This document shows positions 1-9,886 of a stretch of DNA of 64,000 nucleotides, in pieces. Under the pieces are notes generated by a model. The model worked only from the letters and a program-made list of their open reading frames with translations, was not told the DNA's origin and did no database searches. The stretch lies in NCBI GenBank assembly GCA_965200875.1, contig OZ241456.1:320001-384000 (forward strand), read 5' to 3'. Every line of letters starts with the position of its first letter. The stretch's first letter is position 1. Made by a program: the position numbers and the translations under genes. The DNA is from Bdellovibrionales bacterium (GTDB lineage Bacteria; Bdellovibrionota; Bdellovibrionia; Bdellovibrionales; UBA1609).

Positions 1-1
1 T

Positions 2-277
2 TTAGGTTATCAGGAGTACAGGGCGGATAAACGAAAAGAGGAAATTTTAAATATAGAAAGAGCACGTATAAGAGCTGAGGAAATATCCAGACAGGAGGCC
101 TTGGCCGTGGAACGGGAGCGTATAGCTGTGGAACGGGAGCGTGTGGCTGTGGAACGGGAGCGCGCAGATGCAGAACGAGAGCGTGTAGCCGTGGAACGGG
201 AGCGTGCAGATGCAGAAGAAAGAGCCCGACAGGAAGCTTTGGAGCGACAAAGAAAATTTTATCGAAAGAGAAGATAG
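2..277 (+). CDS. 3' part of a gene truncated by the window edge; charged coiled-coil tail with 7-aa (21-bp) repeats
   Basis: Manual translation of frame 2: LGYQEYRADKRKEE...AVERERIAVERERVAVERERADAERER...FYRKRR, ending at TAG 275-277. Confidence 0.7.
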   Translation, partial: LGYQEYRADKRKEEILNIERARIRAEEISRQEALAVERERIAVERERVAVERERADAERERVAVERERADAEERARQEALERQRKFYRKRR

Positions 278-446
278 AAATTTAAGAAAGAGTGCAAAGG
301 CTTAGGGTATTTTTTCTTATTGATCGTTCGAGCTTTGAATTATATACGGTAGTTTGAATATCACTCTTAATGCAATAATGTAGTTTATTTCAATGTTTCT
401 CCCCAGAAATAAAGAAAATATATATCCTATGCCATGAAAGGACACT

Positions 447-2258
447 ATGGATCTGGTATCGCTGATAATAACTGCCACCTTTATTGTTATTATCATTTAT
501 ATAACTGTTTTTGGTTTTTGGCCTCTTAATAAGAAGTTGGGCTTTTTCAGTATTTTGTCTTTTTGGAGAGAAACTAAGAAAATTAAAAAAAACCTTGAAG
601 AGGCTATCGAAAAACTTCCTGATAAAGATCATAGAAATGAATTTACTCGCAGATATCAAAGAGAAATTGATCCATATTTTAGTGAACAAGGGGCTTTTTT
701 CACTCATCTTTGGATAGAGTTTAAAGAACAGCTTATAGAGCCAGGTGAAGAAGAAGCTGTTTTTCAAAACAGTATGCGACCTAAGGAGTTTTTTATTTTT
801 GATGATTTGCTGAAAAAACAAAATCTCAATTTTAAACTGATTGAATCCATGCCAGGTATCCTCGTGGGGCTTGGGGTTTTAGGAACTTTTACAGGGCTTT
901 CAATATCTATTCTGCGTGCTATGCCTAAATTACCTAGTCAGGGGGATATGGGTAATATAAGTGAAGCTGTTAATTTATTAATTTCAGGTGCTGGAGTAGC
1001 TTTTTTCACTTCTGTGGTAGGTCTGCTGGCTAGTTTAATATTTAATTTGATTTCAGATAAAAGGGTCTCGCTCTTACAAAGTCTTTTAAATAAATTCAAT
1101 TCTCGATTGGAAAAAAGTCTTAAGTTTGTAACAGAAGAGCATTTGTTGGTCGAGTACTTAAAGGAAGTAAAACAACAGGGAAAACATTTGGCAAATATGG
1201 ATGAAAAACTAGCTTTAAAAATTGGAGACAGAATTGAAGAAAGCGTAAAATCAATGGGAAATGCCATTCATAGTGCCATCTCAGAAAGCCATCAAAATAT
1301 TTCGGAGAGATTTTTTGAGGATATATCCAGTAAGATGACTGATGGAATGGGAGATTTTTCCACTAAACAAAGAGAAAACCTAGAAAAAACCCTTAGCTCT
1401 ATACAAAATAATATTCCACCTCTTATTTCTCGGTTGGAGCAATCTCAAAAACAAAACGAAGAGACGACAAAAAATCTTATAAATCAAATGAGCGTGGTTA
1501 ATATAAAGAGCCAGGAAAAGATTAATGAATCTCTTGCAGAAACCACCCGCCAGATGAAAAGTGACTTTTCAGAAATCACAAAAAATCTAAAAGAAGGCAT
1601 GAGTCAAACTCTTTCGGATTCTTCAGGTGAGCTAAAAACTCTTATATCCAGCCTTGGAAACATCAGTAAAGGACTTATCTCTAACTTGGGAAGCGTCAAT
1701 AAAGATATTTTGGAGAAAACAACCAAGGCGCAGGCTCTGTATAAAGAGCATTTTGATGAAACTTTGAAACACTTAAGTTCTTTCGCGGATCGCCTCGAAA
1801 GAGCAATCTCAGAAGTAAATACTGTAACCACAGACAATATCAAATCCGCCGGAGAAAAATTTAATCAAGTGGTGGAAAGTCAAACACATATTATGGAGCA
1901 AAATCAAAAGTATATTCACTCTTTAAGTCAGCTCTCAGAAAAACTGGAATCTGTATCCCTTTCTGTTTCGGACATGACCCATAAAATGCCTGAGTATATG
2001 CAACAAATAAACAGCTCCAATGAATATCTGAAAGAAATATGGCAAGGATATGAAAAAAGATTTGAAGCCGTTGATGAAAAAACCGCAACACTTTTTGAAA
2101 ATGTAAAAGCCGGTTTGGAGTCTATTTCTACACAGAGTATGGAGCATGTCGGGAAATTGAATCAGCAGTTTTCTAATATATCAAAACATGTTGCCAGTAT
2201 GGTTGACGACTTAAAAGAGGGTGTTGAGGAATTTGGAGAGACTATTAGTAAATTATGA
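447..2258 (+). CDS. zorA: Zorya protein ZorA (MotA/TolQ/ExbB-like TM domain plus long coiled-coil tail)
   Basis: N-terminal TM; MotA-like helices GILVGLGVLGTFTGLS and GAGVAFFTSVVGLLASL; about 400-aa helical tail; first gene of a zorABCD-like operon. Confidence 0.9.
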   Translation: MDLVSLIITATFIVIIIYITVFGFWPLNKKLGFFSILSFWRETKKIKKNLEEAIEKLPDKDHRNEFTRRYQREIDPYFSEQGAFFTHLWIEFKEQLIEPGEEEAVFQNSMRPKEFFIFDDLLKKQNLNFKLIESMPGILVGLGVLGTFTGLSISILRAMPKLPSQGDMGNISEAVNLLISGAGVAFFTSVVGLLASLIFNLISDKRVSLLQSLLNKFNSRLEKSLKFVTEEHLLVEYLKEVKQQGKHLANMDEKLALKIGDRIEESVKSMGNAIHSAISESHQNISERFFEDISSKMTDGMGDFSTKQRENLEKTLSSIQNNIPPLISRLEQSQKQNEETTKNLINQMSVVNIKSQEKINESLAETTRQMKSDFSEITKNLKEGMSQTLSDSSGELKTLISSLGNISKGLISNLGSVNKDILEKTTKAQALYKEHFDETLKHLSSFADRLERAISEVNTVTTDNIKSAGEKFNQVVESQTHIMEQNQKYIHSLSQLSEKLESVSLSVSDMTHKMPEYMQQINSSNEYLKEIWQGYEKRFEAVDEKTATLFENVKAGLESISTQSMEHVGKLNQQFSNISKHVASMVDDLKEGVEEFGETISKL

Positions 2259-2356
2259 ATAAATAAGTGTTTCTGATATATACTCGGTTCTGAATAAATC
2301 AGTTTTTACTATTCATCATTTCCGCTCAGGATTTGATTTTTTAAAGAGAGCTTTAT

Positions 2357-3205
2357 ATGAAAAAAAATTCCCATTATGCCCTTTCCATCAGTGACTTGAT
2401 AATGGGGCTTTTGTTTATTTTTATACTAATTTTAATGAAGTTTATGTTGGAATATCAAAGTAAAAAAGAAAATCTTTTTCAACCTTTGGCGGAAAGAGAT
2501 AAGCTTCTCGAAGAACTGAAAAAAGAAATGAAGAAAAAGAATATACAAGTTGAAATTGACAAAGAAAATGGAGTGTTAAAATTATCCGGCACTCATTATT
2601 TTAATAAGGGTAAATACAGTTTGAGTGATACCGGAAAAAATACCTTTAAGAAAATAAAAAAAATATTTGATAAGTTATTAATATGTTATTCTGCTCTTGA
2701 GCATAAAAAAACAAAAAACCGGTGGCCTTCTTCCAAAGTCAGAAACAAAAAAAGTAATTTAAAGCAATGGCAAAGTTACTGTAAGAAAAAATATCCAAAA
2801 AAATCAGCTTTGATTGACTCTATTTTAATTGAAGGTCACGCGGACTCCACACCGATCAGTCAATATTCCAAAGGGATAAAAACCAATCTGGATTTGGCTG
2901 TAAAAAGATCACAGACAGTATTTGTTTTTTTGTTGGATTACAAAGAGGAAACCAAAGGGTATGATCCTGTGAAAGGTCTAATACATACGAAAGAATCTGG
3001 CAATCATTTATATGCTTTGGTCAATAAACAAGGAAAACCTTTATTTGGAGTGACCTCTTATGGTAATTTAAGAAGAAGTGAGCTTCTGAAAAATAAAGGA
3101 AATCAAGATCAGCAAAAGTCAGACCGGCGGGTTGATATACGATTTATCATGTCTCAACCAGAAGATTTAAGTGAGCAATTAAAAAAACCGTTAAAATCGG
3201 ATTAA
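2357..3205 (+). CDS. zorB: Zorya protein ZorB (MotB/OmpA-like peptidoglycan-binding)
   Basis: SISDLIMGLLFIFIL TM helix with the conserved Asp; OmpA-like motifs ILIEGHADS, NLDLAVKRS and DRRVDIRF. Confidence 0.9.
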   Translation: MKKNSHYALSISDLIMGLLFIFILILMKFMLEYQSKKENLFQPLAERDKLLEELKKEMKKKNIQVEIDKENGVLKLSGTHYFNKGKYSLSDTGKNTFKKIKKIFDKLLICYSALEHKKTKNRWPSSKVRNKKSNLKQWQSYCKKKYPKKSALIDSILIEGHADSTPISQYSKGIKTNLDLAVKRSQTVFVFLLDYKEETKGYDPVKGLIHTKESGNHLYALVNKQGKPLFGVTSYGNLRRSELLKNKGNQDQQKSDRRVDIRFIMSQPEDLSEQLKKPLKSD

Positions 3206-3239
3206 TATGCCCAGTTTATTTATCACTGAAAGGTAACTG

Positions 3240-4712
3240 ATGAAATACTTTCTGCAGGATTTTTTTAAAGAAAATTTTAAAGCAAAGCTTTTTGATAGGA
3301 AATGGGAAAAATATCAAAAGAGTATAGAAAAATATCAAAACCAAATAAAAAGAAATATTAAAAGACTTGGAAACTTGGAAGATATGAAATCCCCTGACTC
3401 TCAGAGTTTAAAAATCATTTACGAGGAAAGCCAGAAGTATTGGAAGCAACATAAAACCTTTAAAGGAATGTCGAGCAGAAAATTAAGAGAATTGTTTTTT
3501 ATTTTATTCCCAAACCCAAATGATGGGGTTCGGCAAGGTATATATGAAAGTCCAGAGCAATTTGATGATTTTTTGAATATTCAAAAAAACAAGCAATCAG
3601 CTTTAAGAAGGCTTATGTCAGTATTGCTTCATTTTTATCCTGAGGAAAGCAGTTTGTTGTTTAAAAGGTTGGACAAGGTGTATAGGGCTTTAGAGAAAAA
3701 TAAAAAAAGAAATGCACTTTTGATTACTGCAAATAAAAAATTCAAGCTGATTGAAAAATCAGGCCCTGAAATCATCGCGAGACAAATATTGAACCCAAAC
3801 AAAAATATGGATGATCTCCTTCAGGAGATTTGGATAAAAGAAAGAGATTTATCTCATGGTATAGGAAAAAGCATTTTGAAAGAGCTTTGTCAGCTGGCTT
3901 GGCATAATATTGCAAATGAAGCTATATTGGATCGTTTCTTGGAGTATTTATCTGGAGAGAGCATAAACTCTCCTTCCGGTTTTTCTGTTCAGTCTTTCTC
4001 GGAAAATGAAATATCTGGCAGATATAATAACATTAAGCCTGTTGTTTCCACTTTATTGCTTCCTTTTGAAAACAAAATACCTGCACCTTCTTTTAAGAAA
4101 AAAATCACTTGGTTTTTGGATAAACATATCGGAGATCCGCGCTTTCAGTCTGAGAAGTGGATAGCTTTGTCAAAAGAAAAGGAGATTTTTCAAAGCTGGA
4201 AAGTGGGGGAAACCATACAGGATTTTTTTGCTCTTCTGGATTATACTGCTAAAACAAATCCCACTTCTGATAGAATGTGGCCTTTAAGAAAAAAATTTAT
4301 AGAGTTTTATTTGAACGCTGGCCATATAGTATCTGCTTGGATTGTCTTGGGGAAAGAGGCTTACAAGAATCGTTTGGAATTTTTGAAAGAAGGTGTTAAT
4401 GATTATGGAACTATCACCCGTGGGGCCAACCCTATTCATTCGGTTCTGCTTTTTCAGATAAGCGATCTTGTGCTTTCTGAATGGAACTATAATGGGAAAG
4501 TAAGAATTTGGAATAAAGCTCATCCACAAGTACCGAGGTTTTATAAAAAACAATATGAAAGAGAAGGCTTGGTTAAAGACCCTGAACAGGAGATAATTCA
4601 TCATCATTCTGAAAAATATTACTGGCAAAAAAATCTGAGTGATTATATTGAAAAATATACCGGCATTCCCTGTCCAGAAGATTTACAAAAAGAAATTGAT
4701 AAATTTAGATAA
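3240..4712 (+). CDS. zorC: Zorya protein ZorC (EH-signature domain)
   Basis: IGDPR...W, MWPLRKKF, VLSEWNYNGKVRIW and IIHH...WQ motifs typical of the EH_Signature family; lies between zorB and a SNF2 helicase. Confidence 0.85.
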   Translation: MKYFLQDFFKENFKAKLFDRKWEKYQKSIEKYQNQIKRNIKRLGNLEDMKSPDSQSLKIIYEESQKYWKQHKTFKGMSSRKLRELFFILFPNPNDGVRQGIYESPEQFDDFLNIQKNKQSALRRLMSVLLHFYPEESSLLFKRLDKVYRALEKNKKRNALLITANKKFKLIEKSGPEIIARQILNPNKNMDDLLQEIWIKERDLSHGIGKSILKELCQLAWHNIANEAILDRFLEYLSGESINSPSGFSVQSFSENEISGRYNNIKPVVSTLLLPFENKIPAPSFKKKITWFLDKHIGDPRFQSEKWIALSKEKEIFQSWKVGETIQDFFALLDYTAKTNPTSDRMWPLRKKFIEFYLNAGHIVSAWIVLGKEAYKNRLEFLKEGVNDYGTITRGANPIHSVLLFQISDLVLSEWNYNGKVRIWNKAHPQVPRFYKKQYEREGLVKDPEQEIIHHHSEKYYWQKNLSDYIEKYTGIPCPEDLQKEIDKFR

Positions 4713-4731
4713 GAAAGCAATGGAGATATTT

Positions 4732-7700
4732 ATGACCTATGAAGTAAAAGAAGGATATATAGTGATTTATTTCCAAGAGCTGACAGAGGATATTAAAAGT
4801 GTGTTCAGTAGAGCCTCAGCAGAAGTCCATACAGAGAATCAAAAAGCCTTGATAAAAAATGAACACATTGCGGATTTGAATATCCATGAAATTAAAAAAC
4901 TGGGCCTGCCTCCCGTATATCCTCATCGTTTGAGAGTAAACACAAGAGGTGTGCCCACTACTCCAGCTTTTTCTTATGAAGTGAAGTATTTGGATGAGAA
5001 GTCAAGGCAATTTTATCAAGTAAAAAGAACAGGCCCTGTTTTAAATTTAGATGGCCAGTTATTCACTCTGACGAATCCTCATTTTAGCTTTTTGGAAAAT
5101 TTGCAAAAGTTATCCTCTAAGGTTAAAACTCCAGGTGCGCGTTTAAAGATTTGGTCTCAGATCATTAAGCATATTCCTAAAGAAGCTTTGGATAACAAAG
5201 AGCTTTTGAATATTTGTTTTGTAAAGGCGGATCGTTTTTGTGTGGATCGAAAAAAATTATCAGATAATGACTTTCATATTACACCAGAGTTGATTTATAG
5301 TGATGAGGAAAATAACGAAGAAAAATCTTTTACCCATCAACTTTCCAGTGGAATCTCTCAGGATTTTAAAGAGGCTTTTTTAAATATAAACAGTGTGGAT
5401 CCTTATTATAAAGTAGGTAACCATTATATACAGGTGTCAGAACCTTTAAGGGCTTGCCTGAAGATTATCAAAAAAATAAACAGAGAGCCGTTGGCAAAGA
5501 AAAAAGCTTTTTATTTAAACCCTATGGAAAGAATTAAATCAGAATTGCCAAATAATCTGTCAGAAAAATTGCTGGAAAATATTTTTTTTGAAACTGAGCA
5601 GTTTAAAAGCTCTCGCATTTCTCATCTTGGAAAATGGGTGCCAAAAGTGGGAATTTACATTGACCCGGATAATAAAAACCCCTGGTTTCCAAAAGATGAT
5701 ATTGCCGTAAAAATAAAAGACAGCTTATTTCATTTCGCGCCGGATGATATGGACACTTTACTTAAAGATCTTGAAAATGCAAAAAAAGAAGGAAAGGATA
5801 ATGTTTATTATAAAGATCAGGTGTTGCCGGTGGATGATGCTGTTATTTCTGAATTAAAAAATGTGAAAGATAACATTGTTAAAGAATCCCAAAAAATTAT
5901 TTGTTCATCTGAGGAGAAAGAAGAGAAACAAAAAATCTCCAAACTGGTGGCTATCATTAAGGACAATATTGATCATCTGGAATATCAATCTGTTTTGAAA
6001 CCTCGACTTGATCTTGCAAAAAATATTCCTCAAGAGCTAAAAAGTAAATTCATTAAATACCCGCATCAAAAAGAGGGTGTGTTGTGGCTGGAGGAAAATT
6101 TTATACAAGGTAGGCCCGGTGCGCTTTTAGCAGATGACATGGGTCTTGGAAAAACCTTTCAAGCCCTATCTTTTTTATATTGGTATAAGAAAAATTATGT
6201 AACAAAAAGAAAGCCTGTTTTAATTGTTGCTCCAACCGGGCTTTTGAAAAACTGGCAGGATGAACATGAAATACATTTATTTGAACATGGAGGCATAGGC
6301 AGGAAATACAAAGCGTATGGTGAATCATTCCGGAAAGCCCGAAAAGAAAGTGAATTACAAGTCATTAAGGAGATGGAAAAATCAGACTGGGTTTTAACCA
6401 CTTATGAGGCTCTAAGAGATCATCATACAAAATTTTTTATAAAAATTTCTTGGGGTGTTTTAATATTTGATGAAATACAAAAAATCAAAAACCCTAACTC
6501 ATTGATGACAGATGCTTCCAAAGCTCTTGAAAGTGACTTTTCCATTGGTCTTACAGGCACTCCACTTGAAAACAGCTTTATTGATTTATGGTGTGTATCA
6601 GACTGCTTATATCCAAAAATTCTTGGTTTGTTAAAAGATTTTCATGGTAAATATATAAAAAATAAGCCAGACAATTCTGCCCGGGAAATTCAAAAAAAAT
6701 TATTTCAAAAAAATCCTCCCTTTATATTACGCAGGGTTAAAAAAGATATATTAAAAGATTTACCGGAAAGAAAAGTCATTCCGAAAAAACTGGATATGAC
6801 AGATGTGCAAAAGGATATATATTCAGAAGTAATAAGGAAAGCAAAAAATCGAGAATATACCAACAGCCTTCAAGCTCTTTCTTTGCTGAAGAGGTTTTCC
6901 ATTTATGTTCAGGATTGTTTTGAAGGAACTGATGATGAGTTTATTGATTCCAGCGCGAAGTTAAAATTTCTTTTTAAGACTTTGGAAGATATAAAAAATA
7001 AAAAAGAGAAAGTATTGATTTGTGTGGAAAACAGAAATTTACAGAAAAAAATAAAAAGTATTTGTGATGCGAAATGGAGTCTCAATGTAAAAATTATCAA
7101 TGGGGATATGCCAGGTGAGAGACGAAAAAGCACTGTGGATCAATTTGGTAAGAAGGATGGATTTAATATTATGATTATTTCACCCAGAGCAGGTGGAGTG
7201 GGCCTTAACATAGTGTCTGCAAATCACATTGTTCACTTGGAAAGATGGTGGAATCCGGCAGTGGAAGATCAGAGCAATGATCGTATTTTCAGAATTGGGC
7301 AAAAAAAACCGGTGTTTGTTTATTATCCTTTGGCGGTTCATCCTGATTATCGGGATGAAAGTTTTGATATAGTTCTGAACCGCCTTTTGGAAAATAAAAA
7401 ACAAATGAGAGAGCAGACATTAATCCCTTCAGAACCCGATAAGCAGGAGCAAAAAGAGTTTTACCGAACTGTTGTCTCAGGTGAAGAAATGTATACTGAT
7501 GGTACAGAGTCTTTTTATAAAACTGAAGAATGGAAGGCTTTACGGAGACAGGTGTTTCAGAAATATCCGCCTCTTTGTGGTCGTTGTGGCAATAAAAATA
7601 ATTTGGATGTAGATCATGTTAAGCCTCGGTCTAGGTATCCTGAGCTGGAACTGAACTTTGATAACTTGCAAATTTTATGCAGAGACTGCAATCTGCTTAA

Positions 7701-7743
7701 AGGAACCAAAGATTCCCAGTCCTGGGACTTCAGAGATAAATAG
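4732..7743 (+). CDS. zorD: ZorD-like SNF2 helicase with C-terminal HNH endonuclease
   Basis: LADDMGLGKT, DEIQKIKN, LTGTPLEN, GVGLNI and WWNPAVEDQSNDRIFRIGQ motifs; C-terminal CGRC...VDHVKP...NLQILCRDCNLLKG; ATG 4732 preceded by GGAG (ORF-track start 4639 overlaps zorC). Confidence 0.85.
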   Translation: MTYEVKEGYIVIYFQELTEDIKSVFSRASAEVHTENQKALIKNEHIADLNIHEIKKLGLPPVYPHRLRVNTRGVPTTPAFSYEVKYLDEKSRQFYQVKRTGPVLNLDGQLFTLTNPHFSFLENLQKLSSKVKTPGARLKIWSQIIKHIPKEALDNKELLNICFVKADRFCVDRKKLSDNDFHITPELIYSDEENNEEKSFTHQLSSGISQDFKEAFLNINSVDPYYKVGNHYIQVSEPLRACLKIIKKINREPLAKKKAFYLNPMERIKSELPNNLSEKLLENIFFETEQFKSSRISHLGKWVPKVGIYIDPDNKNPWFPKDDIAVKIKDSLFHFAPDDMDTLLKDLENAKKEGKDNVYYKDQVLPVDDAVISELKNVKDNIVKESQKIICSSEEKEEKQKISKLVAIIKDNIDHLEYQSVLKPRLDLAKNIPQELKSKFIKYPHQKEGVLWLEENFIQGRPGALLADDMGLGKTFQALSFLYWYKKNYVTKRKPVLIVAPTGLLKNWQDEHEIHLFEHGGIGRKYKAYGESFRKARKESELQVIKEMEKSDWVLTTYEALRDHHTKFFIKISWGVLIFDEIQKIKNPNSLMTDASKALESDFSIGLTGTPLENSFIDLWCVSDCLYPKILGLLKDFHGKYIKNKPDNSAREIQKKLFQKNPPFILRRVKKDILKDLPERKVIPKKLDMTDVQKDIYSEVIRKAKNREYTNSLQALSLLKRFSIYVQDCFEGTDDEFIDSSAKLKFLFKTLEDIKNKKEKVLICVENRNLQKKIKSICDAKWSLNVKIINGDMPGERRKSTVDQFGKKDGFNIMIISPRAGGVGLNIVSANHIVHLERWWNPAVEDQSNDRIFRIGQKKPVFVYYPLAVHPDYRDESFDIVLNRLLENKKQMREQTLIPSEPDKQEQKEFYRTVVSGEEMYTDGTESFYKTEEWKALRRQVFQKYPPLCGRCGNKNNLDVDHVKPRSRYPELELNFDNLQILCRDCNLLKGTKDSQSWDFRDK

Positions 7744-7889
7744 TCGGGCGTGAAAAAGGTGTGATATTTTTCTGGATTCCCGTTTTCACGGGACTGAAAG
7801 CCAACAACTTGGCTTTCAGTTTCCAAGGGAGATCTTTCTCTTTAACAGGTAAGTAACCTGTTTTATCAGAGGTTTTTCACGGGCCATTA
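7741..7889. mobile_element. MITE-like dispersed element with imperfect terminal inverted repeats and an internal GGATTCCCGTTTTCACGGGA hairpin
   Basis: Left end TAGTCGGGCGTGAAAAA, right end TTTTTCACGGGCCATTA; internal segments shared with 11118-11262 and 34845-34900. Confidence 0.6.
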
Positions 7890-7948
7890 TAGTAGTTTCT
7901 TAAGTTTTTTTTTGCGGAAGGTTGTTTCCTGAACCAATAAGAGCTTTT

Positions 7949-9419
7949 TTAATTTTTTAAAAAATATAGGGGAATATGAGTAAGTAATTGAAGCTTGCTG
8001 TCTGTGGTGTCATATAACACATCCAATAAAGGCATTGAATGTTTTGTAGTTCCAATTCTCACTAACCCCAAGTGAAGGCTCATTGGTCGCACCTGTTCCC
8101 AAAGATGCAATCTGAGTGTGCTTAGCACTGGTGGATTTCCAGCTAGTAGGTGATCTAATTCATTATGCACATAATTCGTCAACTTGATAAATCTCGTGCT
8201 CAAAGATAGTGGGGTGCCATATATTTTACGAAGAGGCATTGCTACTTTTGATAAGCCTGTAAAATACAGCTGATCAGGAGAGGCCCTTAATTCATTATGA
8301 ACAGCTACAACCAACCTCTCCGGGATTATTTGATAGCTGTCGCCATCAATATTTTTTATAGACTTATTATATTCAGGAGCTTTTGGGTAAAGTACAGGGT
8401 AATGAATTTTATTATCCAGTGATTTTTGTATTTCAACTTTAAATCGAGTGTTTGGTCCGATGTTATCATCATGTATATATAATATTTCACTTTCAGAATC
8501 TGCTAAAGTGATCGGCTTTGATGGATCAGATTGTTTGAGTGGTGTTTCCCTGAAGCCTACTACGCATACAGCATGATCTCCTTGGTATTGTTGGTTGACT
8601 TTTAGTTTTCCTAAAATAATTACTGGATAACCAGAGCGAATATAGGAGGCGATTGCACTCATAAAGTGTTCTTTTGGAGAAAAAAGTTTTTGGGTGGTGT
8701 TATAGAAACCAGTTTGGATCATAGGAGAAAGTTTTAGCTCTTTTATAGCTTCATACAGTTGAACTTCAGTTAAACCCTTTGATGGAAAAGTTTTTTCTCC
8801 GAAAGAGGCTATCTTATGTGCGGCTTTGGTAATTTCCGCAGTAGTGGGTATAGAATGAAAATCATCAAAAGCGGAAGATTGTAGTGCCGACCACAAAGCG
8901 ATAGTGACGCAGGCCCCTGCGCCTGCATCTTGTTGTTGCCATGCCAAACCTTTTATATGTAATTCAATCCCAGCAACATGACTTTTATAGTTTCTTTGTA
9001 CTGTTATACGCGAGCTGTTTTGTTCTCTATTTTTATACCATTTTAAAACTGTTTTTCCCAAACGAGCTTGTATAGGTCTTAAGACACAAAATCCCAGATA
9101 GCTTTTAGTTAAGATATCTATAGCATTTAAGTCGCCCCCAGTGGCTTTTGTAAAAAATTCACGGGTTATATTTAGGTTGGAAAAAAAAATGAACTCTTCG
9201 ACAAATATTTTTATATCCGAAAGCACTGGTCGAATAAAACTCTGAAAACTCAGACAAGTAATCTCGATCAAAATAATTTGGTTCTATCAGAATTTTTTTA
9301 GCTGAAAGTCCTTTCAGATAATTGATCAAATAATTCCCTTGCTGGGAGTTTTTGATCTTAGATAAAATATTACTTTCTGTTTCAAAGTTTGAAAATTCTA
9401 GGGGTTTTGGAGTGTGCAT
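7949..9419 (-). pseudogene. Papain-like/C39-type cysteine peptidase gene split by a frameshift at the A9 tract (9181-9189)
   Basis: 86-aa ORF ...CRRVHFF joins the 440-aa ORF ...FSNLNITREF if one T is removed; candidate catalytic motifs QQDAGAGAC, GDHAVCVVGF and YIHDDNIGP. Confidence 0.65.
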
Positions 9420-9692
9420 TTAGTATTCTTCTTCTGGCTTTGAGAATATAAATTTTTCCGGTTGAGGTTTGAAACAATTTGCTAGTCTTTCTATTTCCTT
9501 TGCCAGCTTTTCTGTTTCCGGGTCAGACTGATGAATATCAGTCTTATTTTCTTTTATATCTTTAAAGACTTTGTCCAATTCCTCTTTTGAGGGAAAAGAA
9601 ATGTTTTTTATATCTTCAAGAGTTGTGTCTATATCTTCAAGAGTTGTGTTCCAAAGGGATGTCCCTTTACGCATTCCTTCGTCTTGCTCCAT
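9420..9692 (-). CDS. Small acidic hypothetical protein, co-oriented upstream of the peptidase gene
   Basis: GGAGG RBS before the ATG; its stop abuts the next ATG (9419); internal 21-bp duplication (TTLEDI x2). Confidence 0.65.
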   Translation of the reverse strand: MEQDEGMRKGTSLWNTTLEDIDTTLEDIKNISFPSKEELDKVFKDIKENKTDIHQSDPETEKLAKEIERLANCFKPQPEKFIFSKPEEEY

Positions 9693-9886
9693 TATTCCCT
9701 CCGTCCTTTTTTTATAATATACTCTCTCTTAAATAACTATTTTTTTTTAGGATTTGTCAATACTTTGGATTGGCATTGGACTACGTTCTGAAAATTGGCT
9801 GGGTTTTGTTAAAAGTTTAGTGTGGATTTGCCAGTCTCTTCATTATAGACTTGTATGTCGTCAAAAAGTCGTGCAAAATGACGATT

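Noticed and set aside
47..250. 67-aa minus-strand ORF with TLPFH repeats
   Set aside because: Antisense of the plus-strand coiled-coil tail at 2-277.
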